Assembly: GCF_000315625.1 (NCBI RefSeq)
Contig: NW_005434665.1
Location: 617,220 to 681,219 of the forward strand
Reading direction: 5' to 3'
From: Guillardia theta CCMP2712
Taxonomy: Eukaryota; Protista; Cryptophyta
DNA length: 64,000 nt
Below are positions 49,101 through 61,700 of this stretch, one piece after another (position 1 is the stretch's first letter; every line of letters begins with the position of its first letter). The notes beneath the pieces are model-generated. The model was not told the DNA's origin, searched no databases, and worked only from the letters and a program-made list of their open reading frames with translations. The translations under genes were made by a program, and so were the position numbers.

Positions 49101-51225
49101 CTCGAACCTGTCGGATTCAAGTCATTTGCATGTGAGCACAACAATCCGCAAACCTGTAAAAACACACGCGCATCCCACAGAGTTCAATCGGGTCCACGTC
49201 GATGCTCATTCCAGAAGAATGCCTGCAAGGTCGTCCGATCAAGATCAAGTCTCCACCTCTTTCCCTCTCTCTTCACCTCTGTAGGTGCAAACTGAAGCTT
49301 TCTTGGAACACGTCGTCAAAGCTCCGAGCAAGGATACACAGAGCCTGAGAACGAGCTCAGCAGCAGGTCCGGGTCACGAAAGGTGAAGGGAGGAGAAGCA
49401 AGGCTGAGTGAATTCTCCACTTACATCAAAGATCGGTCCTTCGTCGCCTGACAGGTCACGTATTGCCCGCCACTTCTGGAGCACTCGATCTCGAAACTCA
49501 AGGATCGTGTCGATTTCAGAAGATGTAAAGGAAAGCCTGTCGGGTATGCCCGGCACTGAGGCCAACAGGTCGACGACTTGCGATCGAAGTGCAGGTTCGA
49601 TCTGTGGGTTCTCAAGATGCTGTTTGAAAGAATTTGCTGCTTCGCAGCTCAACGTCTTAGAGACGGTGTTCCGCATCTGCTCTTTCAAGCTCTGAGACAT
49701 CTGCTCCCTGACTGTCACTCTCGGTTGGCTTGCAGGTGGAGGTTCTTCTTCAGCGCGGGTTGCAGTAGACGGATCTGATTAGAAAACAGTCAAGAATGTT
49801 CATTTTCAAGGTAAGCCCAAGTGCCTGCATGTGCCACGGGTTTGACTGTGCGCAAGATTACTTTCTCAATCATCATAGCAAAATGTGAAAACCTTTGTCT
49901 GCTGAATTCGAGACTCTGTCGCGATTATCAACCTGAGGTATGAGATCACTAAGCACATTGCGGACTATGTATATTCCAAACCTTGTTCTCTTTGCTTTCT
50001 TCGATTTGCTTCTTGACGCCTTGACTGCTAGCGTCTTTCATGGCTGAGAACGATGATCAAAGAGTTTTCAACCTTATTCTCGAACTGTCACTTGGCGTCT
50101 CAGATCGAGCCTTCCTCGTTCTAAGTTTCTTCCTGATATCGTTGTTCTGCTCATCCTCCACAGGATTTTCTTCACCTCTGGAAGCTGCCGTGTGCTTTCC
50201 TCCAGAATTCTTTTCATGATCAAGAGTAGAATTTCACATTCAGCAATCACTATCTATGACAGCATGACAAACTACCTGATGTTGGTTGACGGGCACGATG
50301 ACGTCAGCATAGATTATCGCTTTGTGCTCGGCTAATTTGCTTTGACTTTGTGAATCGATCTTCTCTGACCCTCCACATTTCTCTATCTCTTTGGCATAGA
50401 CAGCGAAAATTTCTTGGATTTGGCGAGAAACCTGAACAATCACCGCTCAGTCAATTGCGAGATCAAAGAGTGCCAACAGAACTGTATACCATCATCCAAT
50501 GGCCGCAATTTAGCATCCAAATGATTTCAGAATCATACGAATCATCTTCTCTGCTAATCTCAACAACTGAAACAAATCTCTTCTCTGGAGTTTGGCTGCT
50601 GAAGTGCAAACCAGCCATAGACAACAGCCCGCTGACGAGCACTGTCAAGACGACCAACATAAGATGTTGCATCATGCACCGATGATAGATGAAGAATCCG
50701 GAGAATTCGCTCATCTCCTCTTGAGGTCCAGCAACACCTGCACCGAGTGAGAATAACGATATACCAAGGCGAAGCTGTAGACCAATGGTGAGGGTCGCAA
50801 GCTTGTTAGAGCTTCCCGCACTAGAGCGAACTGCTTGCTTCGCTATTGGCGCTTGATGGATTTCGAAGGTGTGCGGTTGCTTCATAAAGGGCAGCAGACT
50901 TCTTCTGCAGGGATGATCGATGAGATTCAGAGAGAAATCAAAGAAACAACCTCCTGATCCTGCTTGACATCAATTTCAGTTCGCACGTCCTCGTCTTGAA
51001 TTGGAGCTCAAGGAATGTCTTGACGGACAGCCCTCTTGACGCTGACTTCCACGGAATGCACTTGGGCGAAGCCTCAGACTGCACTTGAAAGCAAGCGCCT
51101 TCCTCTTGTCCATCTGGCTTCCTACAGGAGCCGAGGAATCTCTGGATGAATCGAGTGAGTTGGACAAGTTGTCAAGACATGGAAAGATTCCATCCAACGC
51201 AAGAGCCTTACCTGGTTCTCGACAT
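46191..51225 (-). CDS. Tudor + PWWP domain chromatin protein, multi-exon (5' extent uncertain)
   Basis: Spliced LGLKVEVLFDDGVWYLGKLSQFFEKSGNHRIIFDDGDQQDI is Tudor-like. It is followed by FALGDIVWWQFVKGEWWPAKV...VFTFGDHTFAWV (PWWP). The last exon ends ...RKESKP* at 46191. Confidence 0.7.
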
Positions 51226-51369
51226 TGCCTGAATAATGAATTTTCCCCTCATCCTTTCCATTGTCATCAGACGCAGGAAGTTATAACATTGGGTATTTAC
51301 CTCTCCCAGCACGTCAAAATGCAAGTGCCCATCAGTTTTCCATTCGCCGATCAGATCTGCGATGTGATG

Positions 51370-52351
51370 TCACGGAAGTGAAGGTATCTTCTTGAGAAGC
51401 ATGATGAACCAGTTGATGGATCTTTGATAGGGTTGCCCCCAGCCTCCTTCATAATCTTCCCTGTAACAACCCCATTGCGCCTGAAAGAAGAAAAGACAAC
51501 TCAGAATACGATCTAACGTCGTTGGACGCCCCGCACCCCAGAAGCAAGCACATGTCTTGGAGGGATTTGTCTGAATGATCTTCACCTTTCTGTAGAAGAA
51601 TCTGCCCCTGTTCGCACAATCAAACTCAAAAAAGTACAAACAGCATGCGTACTTGTTGCAGATTCCAAGGTTTTGTATATGACAAGTCACTTTGACTCGT
51701 TTCTACTTGCAAACACTTCAAGAAATCCTCCGATTGCTCCTCTGACATCTCCTGCGATCGGTGCAAATAGAAGACAACTCCATCGTAGGTCAGCAGGTCC
51801 AAACATGCTTTCACCAACTCCGGGTCTGTGAGCAACCCTCAGTCAACACTCCCAACATCGTCTGAGCTCACTCTGACAGCGATCTTGTAGACCTGCACTC
51901 CCCTCCACCTCTGCGAGATTCCACCCAGTCACCCCCCCGGTGATCTGTTGAAATCGAACTTTCCCTTGCACCCTCACGCCAACAGAGCAATTCGGAGACA
52001 GGCTCTTTATGGCTCCTAGGAGGTTCGATGTTTCCACGCTCGTGTCTCCTCCTCTTGCTGGGATCGAGACTCGTCGAACTCGCTGAATCTCTTCCCAGTC
52101 TGTCCACTGGAAGTCCTCGCATTCCCCTCTCACGATCAGTCCCTCGACGCTTCCCTCTCCTCCCCGTGTGACATCGATGTTGACCGATCTTGCCTTGCCC
52201 CTGCACATCGCTGGCAAACGCACATCATGTCATGCGGCTCAAGAAGAGTGGGGAGGAAGAGGAGGGAGAGATGTGGGGGTGGGGCGGGAGCAGCTGTCTG
52301 ACCTGCGAGCACCATGTCGGCAAGGGCGACTAGAGCATCTGCAGAGGGCAT
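51370..52351 (-). CDS. Hypothetical protein, multi-exon
   Basis: Chain of minus-strand ORF segments separated by short GT-AG introns, ending ...FIMLLKKIPSLP*. No family recognised. Confidence 0.45.
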
Positions 52352-52718
52352 GGCAACGAGCCTCTAGCTTGTTAGACAGGGAAAGCCAGGGAAGCGGCGT
52401 CCTTCACTGGGCCCGCCTCTGCTAGTATCTACTGCCCCAAAGATTGGAGTGGGGATAGCAAAAGACCCTATAATTATTTCACTGCCCTTGAGATTTCGCC
52501 TTCCCCAACTCAATGGTCTTGGTCACCCGTGGCAGTCAAGAAGACGCGGGTTGCTGAGCGAGTCTGACTGTCGCGCTTTCCCTCCTCCTCCTCCTCTTGA
52601 CTTCTTCGTTCCTTACTCCTCGCCCTCCTTCCGGTCACCCTCCTCCTATTCCTTCTCGCCCTGCGCCTCACTACTTCATCCTCTCCCCCTCCCACCGAAG
52701 TCTTTCCTCCACTCTGCG

Positions 52719-53862
52719 ATGGACCAAGACTTGACACCAGCAGAGATTCTTCGGAGGAAGAAGGAAGCATACTTCTCCCAGCGCCTAGTAGAACAGCAAC
52801 GGCAGCTTGCTCGCAATGATGATGTCACATCGTCAACGGGGGAGGCCGGCGCAGGTTCGCTCTTATTCGCTTCTTCCTGATCCCATACCCTCCATCCCCA
52901 TATTCTTCATCTCAGCTCAACTGATCACTGCATGTAGCCTCTTCTGTCTCAGATGAGAACGTATTGGAGCAAATCACTGCAAGGATAACCAGCAAGCTCA
53001 AGGATGAGCTGAAGAAAGAAGTGATTGATCTCGCGTTCCTGTGAAACATATCATGACTCTTCACTTGCAGCTTGCCAAGGAGGAGAAGGAGATAAGCCAA
53101 CAGAAAGATCGGCAGCAGGGTGAGATGGAATGTTTCTTGGCCGGCGAACTGGAGCAAGCAACATGCCCCATCTGCTATGAGCTTATGAAGGCCCCAAAGA
53201 ACACTCCAACCCTTCTGTTTCCTTGTGGACATACTTTTTGCATTCAGTGCTTAAATTCTCACATCAAGCTCAACAGCAGAGGAACTTGTCCATATTGTCG
53301 CGTGAAGATTCAGAACCAGGCTCCAAACCTTCAGCTACAACAGCTCATCGACGGTTTTGCTGGAAGGAAAGATGAAATCATCAAGAAGGTGGAGAAAGTA
53401 ACCCGAGATGCTGCGGATGCTGCGGAATCCAGGAACTCCTTTTCGTTAAGAAACGTATCCTCATCGGACAGGGAGCAACTGGAAGACTACAGGCGAGAAT
53501 GGCGGACTGTATCCATGCGTTTCCGCATATACGCGAATGAAGCGAACGATTGCGATTCAGAAATCAAGGACATGGAGTCAAAGCTGCAAGCGACAAGAAT
53601 AGTGAGGAAGCATCTGCACGGTGAGCTGGAAGACGCTTTCAAACGGATGCAGAAACTGCAGGAGGAAATCGACTTCATTGAATCACAGCTACAACAGCAG
53701 AAAGAGAAAGAGAAAGATCTGGATGCAGAGATCGTGGCTAAAAGGAAGAGGATGAATTTAGTCAACGCGACGAAGGAATCGCTGGAGATGGAGAGGGCGA
53801 AAATTCGTCTCCTCGTAGAGCACAGCATTCCCGGCAATGTCGATGCTTTTCTTGAGAGCTGA
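52719..53862 (+). CDS. C3HC4 RING finger + coiled-coil protein (putative E3 ligase)
   Basis: CPICYELM...PCGHTFCIQC...CPYCR followed by a heptad-rich tail; 5' exons start MDQDLTPAEILRRKK. Confidence 0.85.
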
Positions 53863-53864
53863 TG

Positions 53865-55085
53865 CTACAATGCATCGTCCCTGGGGCTTTCCAATTCCTC
53901 TGTCACGAACTTGACGTAATCTATCTTCCCTTCTGTTCCAGCCTCTTCGATTAACTTTGCTGCTCGTGGTGTCATCCATGGGGATTCTTTCGGCTCCATC
54001 GGCATCTCCTCCTCCAGCCTTCCTATCACGGTCTTGAATGCATCACCGACGAGAACTCCTGTACCTGATGATGTGGTTCAAAAAGAAGTTTGGCAACGAG
54101 TTCCACAAGAACCTTCTTCGTCCATGGCACGAAAGTATTGTACGAAGTAACTGATGCAGGCTTTCTTTACCTCAGCCTGTTCATCTTCGATGTTCTTCAG
54201 GCAGCATTAGGATCTTATTGTGCAAGAAAGCTTAGATAGTCGTGTCACCTTACAAATATATGCCACGTCGTCCTCCGTGAGCTTCGAGTCGTCTCCTCCA
54301 AAGAATCCTTCAATCTGTTAAACGAAATCATTCGTGCTCATGACTAGTGTTGCTCGAGTCAGGATGACAATGAAAGCAAGAATGAGAGAAAAACGGACTA
54401 TGGTGAGACTGAATTGCACATGACATGTACGCCCGAGTCGGTAGTGAGACAGAAGATCAAAGAATCATAGATAAAGATCCAGATGTGCTAACAAACAACA
54501 AGGCGATCGCGTTCGTCATACCCCAGTCCCAGCAGGCAACGTGTGTGGTTGGATGAAGTATCCTGGCCCCTTGGCGTTGGATGATCCCTCCGCCTCAGGC
54601 TCGATCGGCTGAGGTATTCCCTTCTCATCCAGCTCGTATCCAGGGCCTGCAGGAGGGATCAACGACCCTTAGCTAACCCTGGGCATGCTCAAAATCCCTC
54701 ACCACACATCTTCTTGACGTGGTCAAGCGCTTCTTCTGATAAGATTGTGTTCAAAGCGATACAGTTGTTCGCGTCTTTCAACTGGAGGTGTCGGGTCACC
54801 CGTGCGTAAGGGACTCATAGGTTGAACAACACCTGAGCTTCTCGGTCCTTCTCGATCTGTGTTATCCCCTCCGAGCTCGATAGTGAGACTTGCGATGGCT
54901 CGAACGACGGCTCTGCCGACACTCTGACCTTAGCACCCCCCACGTAACCACACGGGTAGATGGTGTTTCCCTGCGCATCTTGTATGGTGACCTTGTTCTC
55001 TCCCTTGATGATATTGGACTGCAACCGACAACATGTCAGTGATACTCCTTCCATCCCATCCTCCTCTCCCTGCCATCTCACCATG
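53865..55085 (-). CDS. Protein with C-terminal degenerate EF-hand pair (calmodulin/light-chain-like), multi-exon
   Basis: Spliced FRAMDEEGTGVLVGDAFKTVI...LIEEAGTEGKIDYVKFV...DDAL*. The first coding exon appears to be ATG only. Confidence 0.6.
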
Positions 55086-55339
55086 ACAGCGGCGTCAACT
55101 GCCCAACTTTTCGTTTACTCAAACTTTTCAAGGGCCTACCCCGGCAGCATCTAACTCAAACAAGACACTGAAAGGTGGGAAGAGGAGCTACTAGTACTGG
55201 TTTTGCTGTCTTCCACCACTAGGCTCTGAGGCGGGGCTGCAGCGAACTTGTGGCGTCGTCAGGAGGGAGGGGTGGAGGAGAACTTGTCGGGTGAGAGAAT
55301 CGGCTGACTCAGTGAGGTGAGAGGTGACAGCTCGAATCA

Positions 55340-56440
55340 GAAGAGGAGCCTGACTCATAACTCCCGCCGTGAAATCATTGAATCGAACTCACTTCTCTCG
55401 AGATGTTGGACAAGCAGTTGCACTGGCTAGTTTTCAAGCTTGCACTACCTCTCAAAACTCTGCCTGCCTGCCCATGTGTTCTCATGCTGACGCTCAGCAA
55501 GATGTGAATTTGGAGCAAAGTTAAAGATAAAGAGCGAAATAGAATGACCACGAACGATAGATTTCAACGTAAAAGTCACATTGAAATGTTTCGGTGAGAT
55601 CAGGAACCTTGTAACAAGCAGTCTTCAAGCATGCGTAAACCTTGTGCAGCAAAATCTTGTCTCTCATGACTTGTTACCAGAACATTTCTACCTCATCAGG
55701 GCAATAAAGCATCGAAGGAAGCACTTTCAATCAACATCAAACTTGGCCCAACATTTTACAGTCTTCCGTGTTCGGATGTTGTCAGATTAGGTCTGGCGAT
55801 AATCATCTCCATTGCGGGTGCGGCCACCATCAGCATTGCCGATGAATCCATGGGAAGGATGCCACTCCTGACAAGTACAGCAAACGTCACAAGTTCAAAA
55901 CACACAATTATGAGAAATTACTGTTCCCCAGTAATCATGGCCAGAGCCTTGGCCATCCCAGGTGCCATCCTGGTTCCAGTTGGGGGAATCCCACATACCA
56001 ACGAGCTTCTGGGTGATAAAGTATGAAGGGCGCATCTTAAAACAACATGTCAGCTGGATGCTTCCAGTCCCGCCCTTTCTTCTTTGCTTCAGCTTCCGAC
56101 TAACTCCTATCTTCGCACAAATGCAGGATTGCGCACAGTTGAAGAAAATTCATACACCATGCAGAGAAGAAGAATGGCACAGAGACAACAACGAAGGGCA
56201 CTGCTGCAAACTCACAGGACGCATCCTTGAGACTAGAGATCTATCTACCATACTTGACTGCTACACAATGAGGCCACGGCGACTTGGAAGCTCTCAACAT
56301 TCCTTCTGGATCATCCCAACACTCAGAAAATGTGCTGACAGCAAAGCCATATTCGCTGCCAGCAAAGCATGATACTCGCTCCTATCCTGCCCTGCATCTG
56401 CTACTCGTCAGTCATTGCAGCCGAAGCGCCATGCCTCTTC
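55340..56440 (-). CDS. Possible hypothetical multi-exon gene
   Basis: Regularly spaced minus-strand GT...AG pairs, with an in-frame join APFILYHPEARWYVGFPQTG...GEQ/SGILPMDSS. Ends are not resolved. Confidence 0.3.
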
Positions 56441-56470
56441 AACATTCTTGAACGGGCCCGCCCCACAGTA

Positions 56471-56530
56471 AAAGATCCGTGAGAATCCGGGAGTATCCGT
56501 GAGTATCCGTGAGTATCCGTGAGTATCCGT
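56471..56530. repeat. 6 x 10-bp tandem repeat (GAGTATCCGT)
   Basis: Four perfect and two degenerate copies, ending 15 bp before ATG 56546. Confidence 0.95.
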
Positions 56531-56545
56531 GGGAGCGCATGTGCC

Positions 56546-58652
56546 ATGCGGCTGTTTCCCGGTGCCCCCGACTTGGACGAGCTGGAAGCCAGCCGGAAGC
56601 CAGCGGAGCTCAAGACAGACGAGGAGGTGGACGCCAAGAGACTCAAGCGACGGGCCAAGAAACGTAAGGCCAACGCCAAGAAGCTGCAGCGGAAACGAGA
56701 GCTGAAGCTACAGGGTAAGGGACTTTCTTCACGTTTCCACAGATTCGCTGACAATGATCCTTGACACTAAGCCATACAAGAAAATGAAAGTAAAGAGGAT
56801 GATAGTAGAACGGACGAAGTCAAGTCGACGAAGCCAGCGAGCGAGGGCTCGATGAAGGGGGAAAACGGGTCATCGAAGAAGCGCAAGCAGCAAGCGAGCG
56901 ACGCTTCCTCCTCCTCGTCGTCGTCTGACGAGGGCGAGGGCGATGACGAGGGGAGCGCGAAGCCTGTCGCACAGGCCATCAGCAAGCCGAAGTCTTTCTA
57001 CGACCCTTTCGCGAAGAAGCGGATCGTCGTAGAAGACAAGGAAACGAACGGGGCCGGAAGCAGCAGCAAGCCGCCGAAGCCAGCGAGCGAGGGCTCGATG
57101 AAGGGGGAAAACGGGTCATCGAAGAAGCGCAAGCAGCAAGCGAGCGACGCTTCCTCCTCCTCCTCGTCGTCTGACGAGGGCGAGGGAGATGACGAGGGGA
57201 GCGCGAAGCCTGTCACACAGGCTATCAGCAAGCCGAAGTCTTTCTACGACCCTTTCGCGAAGAAGCGGATCGTCGTAGAAGACAAGGAAGCGCCGAAAGC
57301 AGTCAGCGACGACACACCAGCGAAGCCCGCGAGCGAGGGCTCGGCCAAGCAGTCAGTCAAGCAGTCGAAGAAGCGCAAGCAGCAAGCGAGCGACGCTTCC
57401 TCCTCCTCGTCGTCGTCTGACGAGGGCGAGGGCGATGACGAGGGGAGCGCGAAGCCTGTCGCACAGGCTATCAGCAAGCCGAAGTCTTTCTACGACCCTT
57501 TCGCGAAGAAGCGGATCGTCGTAGCTGAAGAAGTCGCGGCCAAGGGGAAAGACGGGTCGTCAAAGAAGCAACGATTGAATGGGAAGGATGATGCACAGAG
57601 CGAGGTGTGTAAGGTGATAGCGAGTGCATTTCAAATCTCATACTACCTCACCCAAAGTCACAGGACAAGAAAGAAGCTTCTGAACCCAGCAGAGATCTAC
57701 CAGCTAAAGAGAAGGAAGGGTTTGTTAAGCACATTCTCTTTCTCGGTCAGGTCCGTTCTGCACTTCTTCTGGTTCAGTGAAGACGCTGATTGGTCCTGTA
57801 CAGCTCCCCTTCGATGTCACTGCTGATGACATCAAGCAGCACTTCGCAAGTTGCGCGCCACATGATCAGGTCTAAACTTCTCTTCTGCAAGTGAAAGCAT
57901 TTAATGGTTTCCAGATGAGCATCAGAGTCCTAACAGACAGGTTTGTCTCGGCAATTTTCTACAATAAAATTTCACATTCTCCTCAGGGTCACGGGAAAGC
58001 CTCGAGGCATTGCGTTCCTTGAATTCAAGGACTCAACAGCAGCAGAAGCAGCGTTGTCGCTTGATCACTCCATCATGCGCGGAAGGTGAAGAAGTTGCGA
58101 GATGAGAGTGAGCGTCGCTGAGCATTGCACAGGCGCATCCGAGTGGAAAGAACCGCAAAAGGGTCCAGCAAGGACCCCAAGAGGAAGAGCGTGAGTATTC
58201 CTTCGTTGACGCCGTTCGTCGCACATTGTTACAAGTGCTGGATGCCTGCAGGTCATTTCGGATTTGAAGCAAGAACAAGATTTGGTATCAACTTGAACTC
58301 TCCCTACGCTTGAGTTCCTTAACACGGAGAAGGAACATAGAAAGGCCGTGGAAAAGATCTTGAGTTCAAATCTTAACCAGAACAAGGTGAATCGAATTTG
58401 GTAGTCTGCAAATTTGACTGCTGTTTCAGGGGAAAGGTAGCGTTAGTAATCATGACATTGATGAGGGGGTTAGAAACTTCCTTATCTCTTTGTCAATCAA
58501 CATGGTGAATTCGGTCAGTATCAGAAGTTATGGTCGCGCTTCTGAAGTTGTCATGATAGGCTGTCAGCGAGATGGCAAGTCTGGACCTTACAGGCGTCAA
58601 CAACAGATCAGCCTACATCATGGGCTTCTTAAAAAGCAGGGTCAATCAGTGA
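56546..58652 (+). CDS. RRM protein (Nop6/RBM34-like) with Lys/Ser/acidic repeats and a C-terminal hnRNP-Q acidic-domain-like module
   Basis: Spliced LPFDVTADDIKQHF...IRVLTDRVTGKPRGIAFLEF (RNP1)...RRIRVERTAKG; C-terminal DIDEGVRNFL...LDLTGVNNRSAYIMGFLK. Confidence 0.75.
56830..57525 (+). repeat. Three coding tandem copies of a 246-bp (82-aa) unit
   Basis: KPASEGS...[51 protein letters not shown] starts at about 56831, 57077 and 57323. Confidence 0.95.
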
Positions 58653-58726
58653 AGAGGGAAAACGAAATCTTCTTAAATCCAATTCACCACAGAAGCAAGA
58701 GACAACAAGAAGCATCACTTTTTACA

Positions 58727-61700
58727 TCATGAAATATCCACAGCCTTTGAATTTCCCGTCTGTCCGTTGAGCTCCATTCGCCGAGCTTGAACGATTCGCT
58801 GCAGAATGTCGTCCATGCGCGCACAGTATTCTCTTGCCAAGAACCCCCTCAGTCTGATTCTCTCCAGGGCTTGTTGCAAAGGCTGCACGTAATCCTCTGA
58901 CATCTCTTCAAGTAGCTTTGCTTTGAAGCAAGGCACGTCTCCAATGATGATGAGAGGTCGGACTTCCTGCAAAATTGCCTTTACCTTAGAATCTTGGTCC
59001 AGGACGATAGATTCAGATTCACTTCGCAGTCCAGGGCGCCTTGTACCCATGTTCATGACCCTCCTCACATCAAGCAAAGTTTCATGCAAAATGACTGTAA
59101 CATCTTCATCTTTGATATCAAGTGAGTATTCCATCAATAACATTCGAATTGCCTCCATTGCTTTTAAATCTTCTAGCCATTCTTTGTGGCATACAAGAAT
59201 TCTCATGATCAATACTACAACTAACATATTCCCTCTCAATGAATCTAGAAATAAATCACCATTTCCCAAATTTGTAAAGAAGTTGACAGCTCTTTCAGTC
59301 GATTCAGTTGTTGCTTTTCTTGATGTTTTGCCGTTTTGAGGCAATTCCACACCCTTAACTTTGATAAACAAATCAAAAGTCGATTCGACAAAATTCCTCT
59401 GGCTAGCTGTCTTCGGATTTATCAACGCATCTAGACAGGCAAAGAGCAAAAATCGTAAAGTGTGTACCATGAAGCGTTGATCATTGTAAGCATCCGCAAG
59501 TTGCAGGTCATTGTTGCACAGCAACTGACAAAGGCTCCAATATTCCGTCTCAACCTCATCGTCTCTGTGCTCGAAGGATCCCCGACAAGACGGCCAATGA
59601 TCACAATTCTTTTTTGCATCGTTTTCGATTCCAGGCGCTGTCTCAGTTGATACACTGCCAGAAGATGCATTGCCGACTTGTCCTGCACATTGCGACTTAC
59701 ATTCATCCAGTGTGAGCATCCTAGTTTCCTCGTAGCTCTTTAGAAGTTCTGTGAGACAGGTTTTTCCGCACAAAACGTCATAGGTTGCCATATACTTCAA
59801 AACGGCTAGACACATCAACCTTTCATCTTTCATAAGATGTGGAGATTGCAAAAATCTACAAAGGGCTTGCACCACTGAAACACGTGTCTTGCATCGATTA
59901 AATGTTCCCTGGATGACTTGTTCTGTCACCCCCCTACACGAAATTGCTGAAAAAATTCTTCGTAGTATCTGCATCGCAGCAAATGCATTTTCTTCGGCAG
60001 TTTTTATCTCCAAACCTTGATGTTTCTTGGCGGCAGAATTCGGAGATACAGGATGTGGGTTAAAAACAGTACTACACGAATTTGCAAAAGCCATGAAGAT
60101 CGTCTCTAGCAAGTGCGAATCCAGGATCCGCTGCAATCCAGACTGTCCTTCCAGAATATCATCAATCACTAACTTGGTCAAGACAAGAGCGTTATCTGGG
60201 TACGAAGATATTTGCTTAGAGCTAAGCAAAACATCTATCATTTGGTTTCGGAAAGCTTGCACAATGTCTGTACCAATCTTACACTCGAGTGCTGTTTTAA
60301 CAAGCTGCCATAAAATTGCTGTCACCTCAGGATAGCGATTCGAATTGCAAATAAAATTTTCAATGGCCCACATGAAATTTCTGTGCTCAATCATGAATAA
60401 GGTGTAGCTATCACTATTCATACAGCACAAGAGAATCAACGAGTAAAAATTTGGGAGAAAAATTCGATTGTATGATATATGTTGTTTTTGTGTCTTGATA
60501 ACAATGAAATTGTTCATGAGTACATCACGAACTCTTGCCGATTCATCCGCAAAGTGTTCAATAGCTTCTGGGTATTCTTCTGCATAAGCATACAAAAGAC
60601 GGATCAATTCCCCTCTGTTGACATCATTTTCTAACTCCAAGTCATTGAGAAATTCGAACCAACGTTGAAACTTCAGCATTCTCTCTGCAAATTTGGTTTG
60701 ATACCATGGTGATTTCAAATATCTGACTGCAAACGTAAGAATTCTAAAGAAGGCAGTCAGATTAGCAGTTCCCATGTTCTTAATGTCTTCCAGTGCGGTA
60801 TCAAAGACTCCTCCCTCAATGCCTATCAAGAATTCGAAGAAATACTTGGATATTTCATCCTCGTTCACGAATTTCTTGTTACTGTTTTCATCACAGCCTG
60901 ATTTTGCGTCAGGAAATAACAAAGCTTTGGCCATGCTCTCAATTGCATTCTTGACGACTTCAAATTCACATCTAAAAAGGCAAAGTTCAAACCAGCGATT
61001 CGTTTGTTGCTTTTTGGGCAAGATGGTCCTCAGTACCGAAAATCGGATTGGCTGACTCTTGCAGATTTGATCTTGAACAAAATTAAGACATCTTGCACAG
61101 GCCTCGGGATACTGAAAATTGTTGATGATTGTTCGAACAAACATAGGTCCAAATCTTTCTGCTCGCAATCCTTCCAGAGTATCGTCCAAATGAAGTACCC
61201 TGTTCAACATATTAAAGAATGAATCGTAGTCATCTTCATGAGCATCTTCGATAACGTCACAAAGGCATTGTAGAATCATTATGCTCATTTCTGGATGATT
61301 CCAGGAAAGATGCTCAAAGAGTTGAATGCTACGTCGAGGATTTACACCTTCCGTGAGGACCTTAAGAAGAAAGCTTTTGTGCTTTACCAGCGCCAAACAA
61401 GCAGGATCCAATTCACCACAAACAGGAAGTTGTGTCGGAGGAATAGGAGACTTGGTTTCATCTGTATGCTCTCTTTCAATTTCCACGCTCTGAACTAAAT
61501 GACATACAAGCTCCATCATGTACGAGTAATCTGGCATTGAAAATTGATCTCCAATGGCATTTCTGTTTTTGTGAGCATGTGCAAATGGAGAATCTTCATG
61601 CAAGAAAACATCGATACAACGCGACACCACTCGTCTTGATAATAGGAAGGTCTTTTCCTCCTTACCGATCTTTGAGAACTCAGCCAACAACATAAAATAT

